Below, piece by piece: positions 50,467 to 60,564 of a stretch of DNA of 64,000 nt; positions within the stretch are counted from its first letter, which is position 1, and each line of letters begins with the position of its first letter. The translations under genes were made by a program, and so were the position numbers. The DNA lies in IMG/VR virus record IMGVR_UViG_3300017700_000738, positions 6,466 to 70,465 of that record; one strand, written 5' to 3'. Origin of the DNA: a virus (taxonomy: Duplodnaviria; Caudoviricetes). The notes beneath the pieces are model-generated. The model saw only the letters and a program-made list of their open reading frames with translations. It was not told the DNA's origin and searched no databases.

Positions 50467-52803
50467 TTGGCCGACGCAGCACTCAATCAAGATATCCATG
50501 TCATCGTCGAGGACGACAATGATGCCGTCCAGACCCTCCCGGATGGGTCCATCGCGATAGACAGCGAGGACGGCGGCGTCGTCATCAAGCTGAACCCTCA
50601 GAACGAGGATGCGGTCAAGGACGCGAACGATCCGGCCAAGTTTTACGCCAACGTGGCGGACGCCATCGACGCCGGTCTTCTGGCGGTCATCTCCAACGAG
50701 CTGTTCGAGGCCGTCTCGGCCGACGATATGTCCCGCTCCGAATGGCTGGCGAATCGCGCCGCCGGCATGGCGCTGCTGGGCCTCAAGATGGAGGACCCGC
50801 GCTCCGGCGACGGCAACGCCGCTATTGACGGTCAGTCGGTCGTCACCAATCCGCTGCTGCTGGATGCCATCCTGAAGGGCTGGGCAAACGCACAGGCGGA
50901 GCTGTTGCCGGCCGAGGGACCATGCAAGGTCGTCAACTTCGCGGACCGCGCCGTAGAGGGGCAGGACGAGCTGGGGGAGGCATTCCAGCGGGACATGAAC
51001 TACTTCCTGACCAGCATCGCGACCGAATATGCGCCAGAGACATCGCACATGCTGCTGTGGGGCTGCTATTTCGGCGGCTCCGGCTTCAAGAAGGTCTACA
51101 CCCACCCGCTGAAGAACCGCCCGGCATCCGAGGCAGTGTCGCCCGAGCATCTGATCGTCTCGGACGCCACCAAGGATTTGGCCTCCTGCGAACGCATCAC
51201 CCACGTCATCACGATGCGCACTTCGGTGATGAAGCGGTATCAGGCCAAGAACATCTATCGCGATGTCGTGCTGCAGCCCCCGAACCCGTCGAATGACGCG
51301 GTCAGCGAGGAAATCGCCGCAACGCAGGGTATCGCGCCCAATAAATCCCGGCCCGAGGACACCCCGTACACGCTGTGGGAAATCCAGTGCGAGCTGGACC
51401 TCGAACAGTTCACGCCCACGCAGTTCAAGGGCAAGGGCGTCCCGCTTCCCTATCTTGTGACGATGGATAAGGATTCGCGCGAAATCCTGTCGGTGCGCCG
51501 CGACTGGAAGCCGGAGGACGAGGACTGCAATCGCAAGAAGATGTACGTCAAATATCCGTACGTCCCCGGCCCGGGCTTCTACGGCACCGGCCTGCTGAAC
51601 ATCCTCGGCAACTCGACTTCGGCGATGACGGCGGCGTGGCGCATCAGTCTCGATGCCGGCATGTATGCGAACTTCCCATCGTTCCTGACCGACAAGCTGG
51701 GCGGTCGCCAGATGTCGTCGGACTTCCGGCTCTCGCCCGGTACCGGCCAGCAGATCGAGACCAACAACCGGCCGATCAGCGACGTCGTGATGGCGCTGCC
51801 CTACAAGGACGTCACGGCCGGCTTCATGGCGCTGATCGACAAGATCACCCAGCAGGCCAAGGACGTCGGCGGATCGCCCGATATTCCGGTCGGCGAGGGG
51901 ATGCAGAACATCCCGGTCGGCACCATGATCGCCCACATCGAGCAGGCCACCAAGGTGATGGCGGCGGCTCACAAGGGCCAGCACACCGCGCAGGACGAGG
52001 AGCTGCAGCTGATCGCCGACCTATTCCGGGAGAACCCGGAATCGTTCTGGAAGGGCAACAAGAACGCGCAGGGATACTGGACGACACAGAACCTGATCGA
52101 GGCACTGGAAACCAAGACGCTGGTGCCGAAATCGGACCCGAACGTCCCGAGCCACATCCACCGCGTCATGAAGGCCGTCGCGCTGGTCGAGCTGCTGAAT
52201 GGGCCGCTGGGGCCGTTGCTTGAAAAGGAGGAGGTGCTGCGGCGCGTCCTCACCGCGATGCGCGAGGATATCAACGGCTTGCTGAAGAAGCCGGACCCGA
52301 ACGCCCCGCCGAGCCCGGAGATGATCGAGGCACAGGCCAAGGCCAAGGAGGCCGACAACAAGGCCAAGAAGATCGAGGTGGATGCCGCCGTCGCCGCGCA
52401 GAAGCCGGGACTGGAGCAGCTCAAGATCGACGGCTCCAACAAGGGCAAGACCATCGACCTCGCCAAGACGCTTATCGCGCACGGCGGCGAGCGCGAAGAC
52501 GCCGAGCACCAGCGCGCCAAGGATACGGCGGATCACGCCCGCAACCTCAACAAGGATGCGGCCGAGATCGGTCAGATGTCGCATGAGGCGCTGATGAACG
52601 AGGAGAAGCTGAAGCTGGAGCACCGCCAGACCGATCTGGCCGAGAATCAGCACGCGCATCAACGCGGCGTCGATAGCGGCAAGCTGGGGCTTGAAGGTCA
52701 GAAGATTGGCATCTCGCAGCAGCAGGCCGACACCCAGACCCACTCGGCGCTCAATCCACCTAAGCCGGCGGGCGCCGCGAAGAAGAAGCCGAAGAAGAAG
52801 TGA
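50467..52803 (+). CDS. Portal protein (P22-like, C-terminal coiled coil)
   Basis: 778 aa; RSEWL, PLLLDAI, GSGFKKVY, PGFYGTGL. Confidence 0.9.
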   Translation: MADAALNQDIHVIVEDDNDAVQTLPDGSIAIDSEDGGVVIKLNPQNEDAVKDANDPAKFYANVADAIDAGLLAVISNELFEAVSADDMSRSEWLANRAAGMALLGLKMEDPRSGDGNAAIDGQSVVTNPLLLDAILKGWANAQAELLPAEGPCKVVNFADRAVEGQDELGEAFQRDMNYFLTSIATEYAPETSHMLLWGCYFGGSGFKKVYTHPLKNRPASEAVSPEHLIVSDATKDLASCERITHVITMRTSVMKRYQAKNIYRDVVLQPPNPSNDAVSEEIAATQGIAPNKSRPEDTPYTLWEIQCELDLEQFTPTQFKGKGVPLPYLVTMDKDSREILSVRRDWKPEDEDCNRKKMYVKYPYVPGPGFYGTGLLNILGNSTSAMTAAWRISLDAGMYANFPSFLTDKLGGRQMSSDFRLSPGTGQQIETNNRPISDVVMALPYKDVTAGFMALIDKITQQAKDVGGSPDIPVGEGMQNIPVGTMIAHIEQATKVMAAAHKGQHTAQDEELQLIADLFRENPESFWKGNKNAQGYWTTQNLIEALETKTLVPKSDPNVPSHIHRVMKAVALVELLNGPLGPLLEKEEVLRRVLTAMREDINGLLKKPDPNAPPSPEMIEAQAKAKEADNKAKKIEVDAAVAAQKPGLEQLKIDGSNKGKTIDLAKTLIAHGGEREDAEHQRAKDTADHARNLNKDAAEIGQMSHEALMNEEKLKLEHRQTDLAENQHAHQRGVDSGKLGLEGQKIGISQQQADTQTHSALNPPKPAGAAKKKPKKK

Positions 52804-52879
52804 TATTGCTGAAAACCCAAATAGCGGGCATATAGGGGCATCGCACCCCCTGCCCGCGCCGGGCCATCGAGGACATCCT

Positions 52880-53542
52880 ATGTCTCACCCCTACAACAAA
52901 TTCCGGCAGAGCGCTGTAGAGCGCGCGCGCGTCAAGGGTCTCACTTCCGATTACGCCAAGGGCGGCGGAGTGCATGCCGACAAGCAACTGATGAAGGTGA
53001 AGGCGAAGAAGACCGCCATGCACCACATGGACGAGGACGAGCCGGCCAAGCGTAGGGCAGATCGCCCGCACCGCGCTCGGGGTGGCAGCGTGAAGAAGCC
53101 GAGCACCGTGGTCAACGTGATCACCGGCGGCCAGCAGCCACCGGCGCCTCCGCCGATGCCCCCAATGATGCCGCCCGGCCCGCCCCCGATGCCGCCGGGG
53201 CCTCCTCCGGGTCCGCCGCCGAGCGCCGGCCCGATGATGCCTCCTCCGGGCGCCGGAGGCCCTCCGATGCCGATGCGTGCCCGTGGCGGCAGTGTCAACA
53301 AGGGCACGGCGGTATTCAACAAGAGCCGGGCCGAGACCCCGGTGACCCACGACAAGGGCAAGAACGACCTTGACGAACTCAACCGGCCCCGTGTGGTGAC
53401 GTTCGCGGCCGGAGGCGGCGTTGTGTCGTTCAAGACCGGCGGACGCATCAGCAGCCCCGCCAAGGGCGGCATGGGGCCAAAGCTGCCCGGTGGGGCCGGC
53501 GGCGGGGAAGCGCGCCTCGCCAAGGCCGCAAGAGCCAAATAG
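52880..53542 (+). CDS. Basic Pro-rich virion protein with five xAxGG motifs
   Basis: GAGGA SD, ATG 52880. Confidence 0.7.
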   Translation: MSHPYNKFRQSAVERARVKGLTSDYAKGGGVHADKQLMKVKAKKTAMHHMDEDEPAKRRADRPHRARGGSVKKPSTVVNVITGGQQPPAPPPMPPMMPPGPPPMPPGPPPGPPPSAGPMMPPPGAGGPPMPMRARGGSVNKGTAVFNKSRAETPVTHDKGKNDLDELNRPRVVTFAAGGGVVSFKTGGRISSPAKGGMGPKLPGGAGGGEARLAKAARAK

Positions 53543-53769
53543 TGGCCATCCACGAACAAGAGCCCGTCAGAACGCTGCGCGAGGATGATCGTCGTCTTCC
53601 TCGCGCACTGTTGCAGCAGCTGAAAGATGCGCGCGCAACGCAGGCCGAGGCCATGGTGGCCGGCGCCTCCCAGACATTCGATCATTACCGCAATGCAGTC
53701 GGGGTCATACAGGGCCTCGACCTCGCTATCGCGCTCTGTGTGGCCGCGCAGGCCAAGCTGGACGCCTAG
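53542..53769 (+). CDS. Conserved head-module small protein
   Basis: FDHYRNAVGVIQGLDLA; typical gene preceding phage GroES. Confidence 0.65.
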   Translation: MAIHEQEPVRTLREDDRRLPRALLQQLKDARATQAEAMVAGASQTFDHYRNAVGVIQGLDLAIALCVAAQAKLDA

Positions 53770-53820
53770 AACGACCGAACCGCCCCATGCCGGGGCAGGA
53801 CTACGCAAGGGACGCCCCTA

Positions 53821-54171
53821 ATGATCGCCGTGCAGGCAATGGAATTAATCGCAAATCTCAAGGGATATTGCGAGGCCCGGTTTAAGGTGGGAGAACCCAC
53901 GTCTCATCGTCTTTCGGTGACCGGTGAGCCTTACGTTGAATTTACCCCAAGTTTGCAGCCGAGCGAAGTAGGCTCCCCCGGTCAGGTGTTCGAGACTCCT
54001 GACGCGGCTATCGACGCCGCGAAAGTAGCGTTTGATGCCTATGCGTCTGGCAGGTCTGGGGCGATCTATTGGCGTATAGAGCCAGAGTTGGCTCGCCATA
54101 AAAAGGGGTATGCGCTTTACATGCGTCTCCTCGTTTCAAACAAAGACCCCCTCCCCTCACAGGAAAAATAA
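53821..54171 (+). CDS. Hypothetical protein (AT-richer insert)
   Basis: 116 aa. Confidence 0.55.
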   Translation: MIAVQAMELIANLKGYCEARFKVGEPTSHRLSVTGEPYVEFTPSLQPSEVGSPGQVFETPDAAIDAAKVAFDAYASGRSGAIYWRIEPELARHKKGYALYMRLLVSNKDPLPSQEK

Positions 54172-54639
54172 ATGGCCCGCTCCAACGCTATCGGCAAAAT
54201 GCGCGAAATCTCCGAGGACAAGGTCAATGTGACCGATCCACGGTTGGCTCACCTGCGGGCTATCGCCCGGGAACCCAAGAAGTCCCTTGTTTGGCTCACC
54301 AAGAACGTCCTGAAGGACGAGATCAAGGTGCTGCACTCGCAGGTGCTGGTGATGGGCTACGTGGCCCCGGCGCGCACCAAGGGCGGCCTGTTCATGCCCG
54401 ACAAGGTGGTCGAGGAAGATCGCTTTCAGGGCAACGTCGGCATTGTGGTGGCGCTCGGCGCCGGTGCCTTCCGGGACGACCACATCGCCAAGTTCAACGG
54501 CGACAGTCTGGCGGTGGGCGATTGGGTGATGTATGTGGCCGCCGATGGCGTGTCGCTGTTCATCAACGAGATTCCGTGCCGCCTGTTCTCTGACACGCGC
54601 ATCCTGATGAAGGTGCAGGACCCGGGGATTTATTACTGA
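54172..54639 (+). CDS. GroES-like co-chaperonin
   Basis: QVLV...RTKGGLFMP...GIVVALG...GDWV. Confidence 0.85.
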   Translation: MARSNAIGKMREISEDKVNVTDPRLAHLRAIAREPKKSLVWLTKNVLKDEIKVLHSQVLVMGYVAPARTKGGLFMPDKVVEEDRFQGNVGIVVALGAGAFRDDHIAKFNGDSLAVGDWVMYVAADGVSLFINEIPCRLFSDTRILMKVQDPGIYY

Positions 54640-54941
54640 TGCGGTCGCTGGCCCTAATCATTAAGGATGCCGAGCGCGGCATTGCAACTGAGGAGGCTGG
54701 GTATCTCGCCGAGACCTTCTCCGAGGTTCTGCCGTTCCTCCGATTTCTGGCACGGCAAGATACAACGTCCGCTCAAAAGGTTCTCGATGTCATGTTCGAA
54801 GTATTGAGCCGCTGTCATGCTCGGCAGCATGTCCCGGAGGATCGTAGCGAATTGATGGAGTTCGCCCGCGACCAACTCCGTAAGAACGGGGTCAATGTTA
54901 TCCAAATGGGATCGTCCCACGCTGTAATTAAGGAAGACTGA
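54639..54941 (+). CDS. Hypothetical protein
   Basis: 100 aa; TGATG coupling. Confidence 0.55.
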   Translation: MRSLALIIKDAERGIATEEAGYLAETFSEVLPFLRFLARQDTTSAQKVLDVMFEVLSRCHARQHVPEDRSELMEFARDQLRKNGVNVIQMGSSHAVIKED

Positions 54942-54942
54942 C

Positions 54943-55917
54943 ATGGCTGACGACAACGACGAAATCATCGTATCCCTCCCGGGCTCAACCGATGGCGTGA
55001 CCATCACCGACCCCAAGGACGTCAAAGTGGCGAAGACGGCGGCCCACGCCGACGACGACCCGCTCAACGACCTGAAGGGCCAGTTTGCCAACATGCAGAG
55101 CCGTCTGACGGCCACGCAGGCGACCGCAGGCCAGACCGCCCGAGAGCTGGCGGATACGAAGCAGCGCCTTGCAGCCGCCGAGGAGCAGGTGATCGGCAGC
55201 CAGATGGATACGGTCGAGACCGGTCTGTCGGCGGCCAAGGCCGAGGCCGATTCCGCAGAGGCCGCCTATGTGACCGCCACGGAGGCGGGAGACTTCCTCG
55301 CTGCCGCACGGGCACAGCGCCGTATGGCGAGCGCAGAGGCCCGCGTCCTGCGCTTCACGGAGGCCAAGGACGATCTGGAGGACGCCACCAAGCGGCGCCC
55401 CGCCGCAGACAAGACACCGCACCAGCGGGCTGCCCCGACCCACACTGACCCCGTGGAGGAGTTCACCAAGCAGATGTCCCCGCGAAGTGCCGCGTGGATC
55501 AAGGCTCACCCGGATTGCGTCACTGATCCGAAGAAGAACGCCCGCATGCTGGCAGCCCACAACCTCGCCATGGCCGATGATATCCCGGTCGACACCGACG
55601 AGTATTTCCAGCGGATCGAGGCCGGCATCGGCGCTGCGCCGGCTGCCAAGGTCGAGAAGAAGACAGGGGACGGTACCCGGCCCAGTTCTGCGGCTGCTTC
55701 GGCGGCTGGTGCGCAGGGTCCTCTCAACGGCGGTATCGACGTTCGCCTGACGCGCGGAGAGGCCACGTCGGCGACGGACGGAACCCTCGTCTGGAACTAC
55801 GACGATCCGAGCGGCAAGAACCTGTTCAAGAAGGGTGACCCCATCGGTCTCGCCGAAATGGCGCGTCGCAAGCATGAGGGCATGAAGGCCGGTCTGTACG
55901 ACCGCGCTGTGACCTAA
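54943..55917 (+). CDS. Capsid scaffolding protein
   Basis: 324 aa, acidic coiled coil, before capsid genes. Confidence 0.7.
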   Translation: MADDNDEIIVSLPGSTDGVTITDPKDVKVAKTAAHADDDPLNDLKGQFANMQSRLTATQATAGQTARELADTKQRLAAAEEQVIGSQMDTVETGLSAAKAEADSAEAAYVTATEAGDFLAAARAQRRMASAEARVLRFTEAKDDLEDATKRRPAADKTPHQRAAPTHTDPVEEFTKQMSPRSAAWIKAHPDCVTDPKKNARMLAAHNLAMADDIPVDTDEYFQRIEAGIGAAPAAKVEKKTGDGTRPSSAAASAAGAQGPLNGGIDVRLTRGEATSATDGTLVWNYDDPSGKNLFKKGDPIGLAEMARRKHEGMKAGLYDRAVT

Positions 55918-56639
55918 TGGCGTCCGTCCGCGATTACCTCTCCGCTCAGTCGATTGATGATCTCTGGGCGGCCGGGTTCACGGTAGTGGCGCGGCAGCGC
56001 GGCGCCGATCCATTCGAGGTTGACCCGCGCATCATCCCGCAGGGCCGTGGATATCAGTGGATGCACCTCGTGCATGATCGCGCAATGTTCGAAAACGGGA
56101 GTGGTGGCTGGGCTCCGGTGCCGGCATCTCGTCACGATGGACTGTTCATGCCGGCCGGTCATGTCGGTGACATCGAGGTCAGCGGACTCGGGCTATTCGA
56201 GAAGCCGAAGCACGAGATTGACGCCGAGCGCGCCTCCCAAGTCTCTGCCGCTCACAAGATGGTCGACGACTGGAAGGAAAAGGTGTCCGGCGGTGGTTTC
56301 ACGGGCCATGTCGTCGAGGCCACGCAGACCTCGATCGGCAAGCTGGATACCGCCAAGGTCACCGAGTTCGGTCACAACAAGACCATCGAGAACACGTCTT
56401 CTGTCCCGATGGATATGCTGCACCTCATGTCGGATGTTTTCGCCGAGCGCGACAGGCTGAAGGACGCCGTGGTGTTGCCGGATCGGACATTGGTCCCCGG
56501 TGAGATCGCGGATGAGCTGTACCGGAAGATGCAGGAGCCCGGCCGGGAGTGGTGGCCGACGCTAAACGCCATCCTGCTCCCCATCGCTGTCAGGAACGTA
56601 CGTTCCAAGAACCTGTCCACAGGAGAGAAAAATGACTGA
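55917..56639 (+). CDS. Head-module protein, paralog A
   Basis: IPQGRGYQW...GWAPVPASRH. Confidence 0.7.
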   Translation: MASVRDYLSAQSIDDLWAAGFTVVARQRGADPFEVDPRIIPQGRGYQWMHLVHDRAMFENGSGGWAPVPASRHDGLFMPAGHVGDIEVSGLGLFEKPKHEIDAERASQVSAAHKMVDDWKEKVSGGGFTGHVVEATQTSIGKLDTAKVTEFGHNKTIENTSSVPMDMLHLMSDVFAERDRLKDAVVLPDRTLVPGEIADELYRKMQEPGREWWPTLNAILLPIAVRNVRSKNLSTGEKND

Positions 56640-57348
56640 CCACGACGACGCGCCGGAAATCCGCCGTTCCACCCCTCGGGGTGCCGCTGCCGCGAAACCG
56701 AAGCCGAAGCCGAAAAATGCACCGGGGCGCCGCCCGCCTATCGTGCCGCGCCCGGCCGAAGCGCAGGTGATGCGCACCAACCCGCGCCCGGCGCCGCCGC
56801 GCGCCGAGGGCGTTCGTGAGGCCGCCCGTGAACCGACACGAGAGGCGGCACGTCGCGGTGCTGCGGTCGCGCAGGGACACGGCGGCGAGGTGCTGACGCG
56901 TCGTCGCACCACGCAGGGCGACAACTTTGCCGTCCCGCCGAATGAAATCCCGATGGGCTGGGATTACCAGTGGAACACCGTCACGGTGCTCAATCAGGAC
57001 GTCGAGCGCGGGGACCTCCAGATGCACGAGAACGGGTGGCGCCCAGTGCCGGCATCGCGTCACGCGGGCCGCTGGACGCCTCATGGTTTCGAGGGCTCGA
57101 TCATCATCGAGGGCATGCGGCTGGAGGAACGTCCGTCGAGCCTGTCCAAGGAGGCCCGCGAGGAGGATACGGCGCGCGCTCGTGCGCAGGTTCGTGATCG
57201 CACCGACGCACTCCGCATGACCCAGAAGCAGCTGCCGGGCGCCGATGTCGCCAGCCAGCGCAAGGTTGCGGGCGGATTCCGCGTGAGTATGGACGAAGGT
57301 GCCGATATTCCGCGTCCGCAGCATCAGGTCGAAGGCGAGGACTTCTGA
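56632..57348 (+). CDS. Head-module protein, paralog B
   Basis: IPMGWDYQW...GWRPVPASRH. Confidence 0.75.
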   Translation: MTDHDDAPEIRRSTPRGAAAAKPKPKPKNAPGRRPPIVPRPAEAQVMRTNPRPAPPRAEGVREAAREPTREAARRGAAVAQGHGGEVLTRRRTTQGDNFAVPPNEIPMGWDYQWNTVTVLNQDVERGDLQMHENGWRPVPASRHAGRWTPHGFEGSIIIEGMRLEERPSSLSKEAREEDTARARAQVRDRTDALRMTQKQLPGADVASQRKVAGGFRVSMDEGADIPRPQHQVEGEDF

Positions 57349-58067
57349 TGACGAACGTCTTTGTGTTCATGCCCTCATTCCGGGGGCAAATCACCGCGAC
57401 GGCGTTCGAATCCAGTCACGCGCTGATGTCGGCATTTATGTCCAAGGGCATCCATGCCGGCATCTCGACCTATTCGTGGCCCGACATCGCGGAAATCCGC
57501 AATGTGGTGCTGTCGATCTGGTACGACACCATGCCGAACTCGACGCATCTGCTGATGTTGGACGACGACATGGGATATTCGCCCCAGATGGTCCTCGACA
57601 TGCTGGCCTTCGGCGAGCCCATGGTCGGCGCCGCCTATCCGAAGCGCACGCTTCCCATCGTCTGGGCTGGCAGCGGCCTTGGCGGACCGGACAAGGCGCA
57701 GGTGCGCGGCGGCTTCATGGAGGTCGAGGCCCTCGGGATGGGCTGCTTCCTGATCCGCCGGGATGCCGTGACGGCCATGATCGAGAAATTCCCCGAGCTG
57801 ATCGCCGATCACATTCTGCTGGAGGATTTCAAGCAGCACGGCGCCCATCGCACCCTGTGCTTCTTCGACGAGATGCGCGCGGAGAAGGGGAAGGTCTCGG
57901 AGGACATCTCGTTCTGCCGGCGCTACCGCCAGACCGGCGGCAACGTGTGGGCGTCCATCGCGTATGAGATGACGCATGTGGGCGCATATGCCTATCAGGC
58001 TTGTTTTGCGAAGTGGAGCGAGCAGGCCCAGAAGGACTTCGACGCTAGTGGCAAAAGCGCCGCCTGA
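57348..58067 (+). CDS. GT-A fold glycosyltransferase-like protein
   Basis: VFMPS, IAEIRN, HLLMLDDDM, VGAAYPKR, GMGCFLIRR, SEDISFCRR. Confidence 0.85.
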   Translation: MTNVFVFMPSFRGQITATAFESSHALMSAFMSKGIHAGISTYSWPDIAEIRNVVLSIWYDTMPNSTHLLMLDDDMGYSPQMVLDMLAFGEPMVGAAYPKRTLPIVWAGSGLGGPDKAQVRGGFMEVEALGMGCFLIRRDAVTAMIEKFPELIADHILLEDFKQHGAHRTLCFFDEMRAEKGKVSEDISFCRRYRQTGGNVWASIAYEMTHVGAYAYQACFAKWSEQAQKDFDASGKSAA

Positions 58068-58240
58068 TACCCCCGCTGTCGGCGACATCGTCAGGCAGCG
58101 CGGGAGGGATAACGCCGGCTCGCTATACTTCGTCCGAGAGATGGAGATAGCGGGCCGGAAATCGTTCTGGGCACTGGTGCGCTGGGAGCACGGCGACGGA
58201 CCACGGGTGTGCCATCTATTCGAGTTAGAGCGCGTTTCTC

Positions 58241-58270
58241 TTGACGGTCACAGAAAAGTCTGCGTATAGA
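58241..58270 (+). promoter_or_regulatory. Probable promoter for capsid genes
   Basis: TTGACG-N17-GTATAG. Confidence 0.65.
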
Positions 58271-58435
58271 CAATTCCAGCGCTGATTAATTTCAGCATCC
58301 CGGCTCCAAGCAGGAGCTGAAGCGCCGCCAGAAGCTCTGGCATCTACCGCAAACGCGCAGGTTGCGGATCACAAATTCCCAAGGCGATGTCCCCGGCCAC
58401 GCGAGCTAGGAAGCCCCGAGCACCGGAGCACTTCT

Positions 58436-59032
58436 GTGGCTAACACCCAAGCGACTTTCGGCTTCCGCCACATCGGATACACCTCCGGTGGTGCGCCAGA
58501 CTTCCAGATGGCGACCGGAACGATCCTGTCGTCCAACACCACCAAGATTTTCCGTGGCGACCCGGTCAAGTTCGACCCGACCACAGGCTTCATCCAGCAG
58601 GGCGCCGATAACGTCTCGACCCTGCAGGGTGTGTTCGACGGCTGCATGTATACGCCAGTCGGCGGTACGCCTCAGTGGTCGCCCTTCTGGCCCGGCGCGG
58701 CCGGCCAGAACGCAACCGCCTACATCATCAACGCCCCGAACGCGCTTTTCCTCGCGGCGGCTCTCAACACCTCGCTCGTGACCGCCAATATCGGCGAGAA
58801 CGTCGGCTATGCCATCGGCACCGGCAACACCGCGACGGGTTATTCGGGTGCGACTGTCGATCAGTCGAGCCTCAACACCACCAACACGCTGCCGTTCCGC
58901 GTCGTGGCGGTCTGCACCACGGCTGGCAACTTCGGTGTTGTCGGTAACGGGGCTGACCCGACCACGCCATACGGCTGGGCCGTCGTGACATTCAACAACG
59001 TCGGCTACAAGCAGCTGACTGGCTTGGCATAA
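58436..59032 (+). CDS. Head decoration/minor capsid protein
   Basis: MANTQATFGFR...IFRGDPV...GVFDGCMY; directly upstream of MCP. Confidence 0.75.
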   Translation: MANTQATFGFRHIGYTSGGAPDFQMATGTILSSNTTKIFRGDPVKFDPTTGFIQQGADNVSTLQGVFDGCMYTPVGGTPQWSPFWPGAAGQNATAYIINAPNALFLAAALNTSLVTANIGENVGYAIGTGNTATGYSGATVDQSSLNTTNTLPFRVVAVCTTAGNFGVVGNGADPTTPYGWAVVTFNNVGYKQLTGLA

Positions 59033-59047
59033 GGGGAGTTCTGACAG

Positions 59048-59962
59048 ATGCCTATTGCACTCGCGAGCATCCGCTCCGAACTCCTCCCGGGACTGTTTGA
59101 CGTCCGGGGCTCCTATGAGATGATCCCGCGCCAGTGGGACAAGGTCTTCAAGACCCACAAGTCCGCGATGGCGGTTGAGCGTTCGACGCAGATGGCGTTC
59201 GTGGCTCTGCCGTTCCTGAAGGACGAAGGCGCGGCGACGCAGTTCGACAACAACGCAGGTGAGCGTTTCACTTGGGCGTTCGTGCACATCGAGGTCGCCC
59301 TCGGTTATGCGATCACCCGCAAGGCCATCGACGACAATCTCTACAAGGCCCAGTTCAACCCGACGAACCTGAAGCTGCAGGAAGCCTTCGCGCAGTTCAA
59401 GGAAATCCAAGGCGCGAACGTCCTGAACCTCGGCAACGTCTACAACCCCACCCAGATCGGTGACGGTCAGCCGCTGTTCTCCACGGCCCACCCGTGGGAT
59501 CAGGGAACGTGGGCGAATACCTCGGCGGTGCCGAAGTCGCTGAACGAATCGTCGCTGCTCGCCAATATGGCCAACGTCCGCAGCCAGTTCGTCAACGAGC
59601 GTGGTCTGAAGATTTTGGCCCGTGCGCGGCGCCTGATCGTCCCGGTCGCGCTGGAGCCCACCGCAATCCGTCTGATGAAGACTGAGCTGCGCCCGGGCAC
59701 TGCCAACAACGACGTGAACGCCATCCTGACGACGTCCGGCGGTCTGCCGGAAGGTCACATCGTGATGGACTTCCTCACCTCGAACTTTGCGTGGTTCCTG
59801 ACCACCAACATCGAGGGTCTGATCCACATGCTCCGTATACCGTACGAGAGCGATATGTGGGTTGACAACATCACGGACAACCTGCTGGTCAAGGCGTACG
59901 AGCGTTACAGCTTCGGCTACAACGATCCGCGCGCGGCTTGGGGCGAGTTTCCGACCTCATAG
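59048..59962 (+). CDS. Major capsid protein
   Basis: 304 aa; ELLPGL, EGAATQFD, ALGYAITRKAIDDNLY, KAYERYSFGYNDPRA. Confidence 0.9.
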   Translation: MPIALASIRSELLPGLFDVRGSYEMIPRQWDKVFKTHKSAMAVERSTQMAFVALPFLKDEGAATQFDNNAGERFTWAFVHIEVALGYAITRKAIDDNLYKAQFNPTNLKLQEAFAQFKEIQGANVLNLGNVYNPTQIGDGQPLFSTAHPWDQGTWANTSAVPKSLNESSLLANMANVRSQFVNERGLKILARARRLIVPVALEPTAIRLMKTELRPGTANNDVNAILTTSGGLPEGHIVMDFLTSNFAWFLTTNIEGLIHMLRIPYESDMWVDNITDNLLVKAYERYSFGYNDPRAAWGEFPTS

Positions 59963-60028
59963 GCTTGTATTTACAATTGTTATTCTCCCCGATAATCTGC
60001 ATGTGCGCAAGGTTACGGGGAGAAGTAG

Positions 60029-60553
60029 ATGCTCAAAGATTTAACCTATGATGATGTGAATGCGCTTTTCACATACGACAAAAGCGAAGGTCTTTTGCGG
60101 TGGAGAAATCCATCGGGGCGCTTCGGAAGAATACCAGCGGGTTCGATTGCTGGTGGGACGACGAACAAGGAAGGATACAGATACGTCACGATCAACGGCA
60201 AGCTGTACCGAGGATCGAGAATTATCTGGCTTCTGGTAACTGGAGAATGGCCGCCCTCTCAGGTGGATCATGCTGACACGGACACCGGTAACGACAAGTG
60301 GGATAATCTGCGGCTTGCCACCGGTTCTCAGAACAAGGCGAACTGCGGAAAGTATCGCAAGAGTGGTAATGCGTCTGCGCTTCCGAAGGGAGTTCAGGCA
60401 GTCCAAAAACGAAGGTCCATTCGCTACCGGGCCATCGCGACAAAAGACGGGGTGCGCGAGCACTTGGGATACTTCGATACTCCAGAACTGGCGCATGCCG
60501 CCTATCTGAGGCGTTCGGAGGAACTACACGGTGAGTTCGCTCGCAGCGGATAA
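60029..60553 (+). CDS. HNH endonuclease with AP2 domain
   Basis: VDHADTDTGNDKWDNLR; PKGV...YRA...LGYFDTPELAHAAY. Confidence 0.9.
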   Translation: MLKDLTYDDVNALFTYDKSEGLLRWRNPSGRFGRIPAGSIAGGTTNKEGYRYVTINGKLYRGSRIIWLLVTGEWPPSQVDHADTDTGNDKWDNLRLATGSQNKANCGKYRKSGNASALPKGVQAVQKRRSIRYRAIATKDGVREHLGYFDTPELAHAAYLRRSEELHGEFARSG

Positions 60554-60564
60554 AGGATAAGACG

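Noticed and set aside
57976-58269. Possible small ORF after the glycosyltransferase
   Set aside because: Plausible but no SD or motif, and it overlaps the capsid promoter; left uncalled
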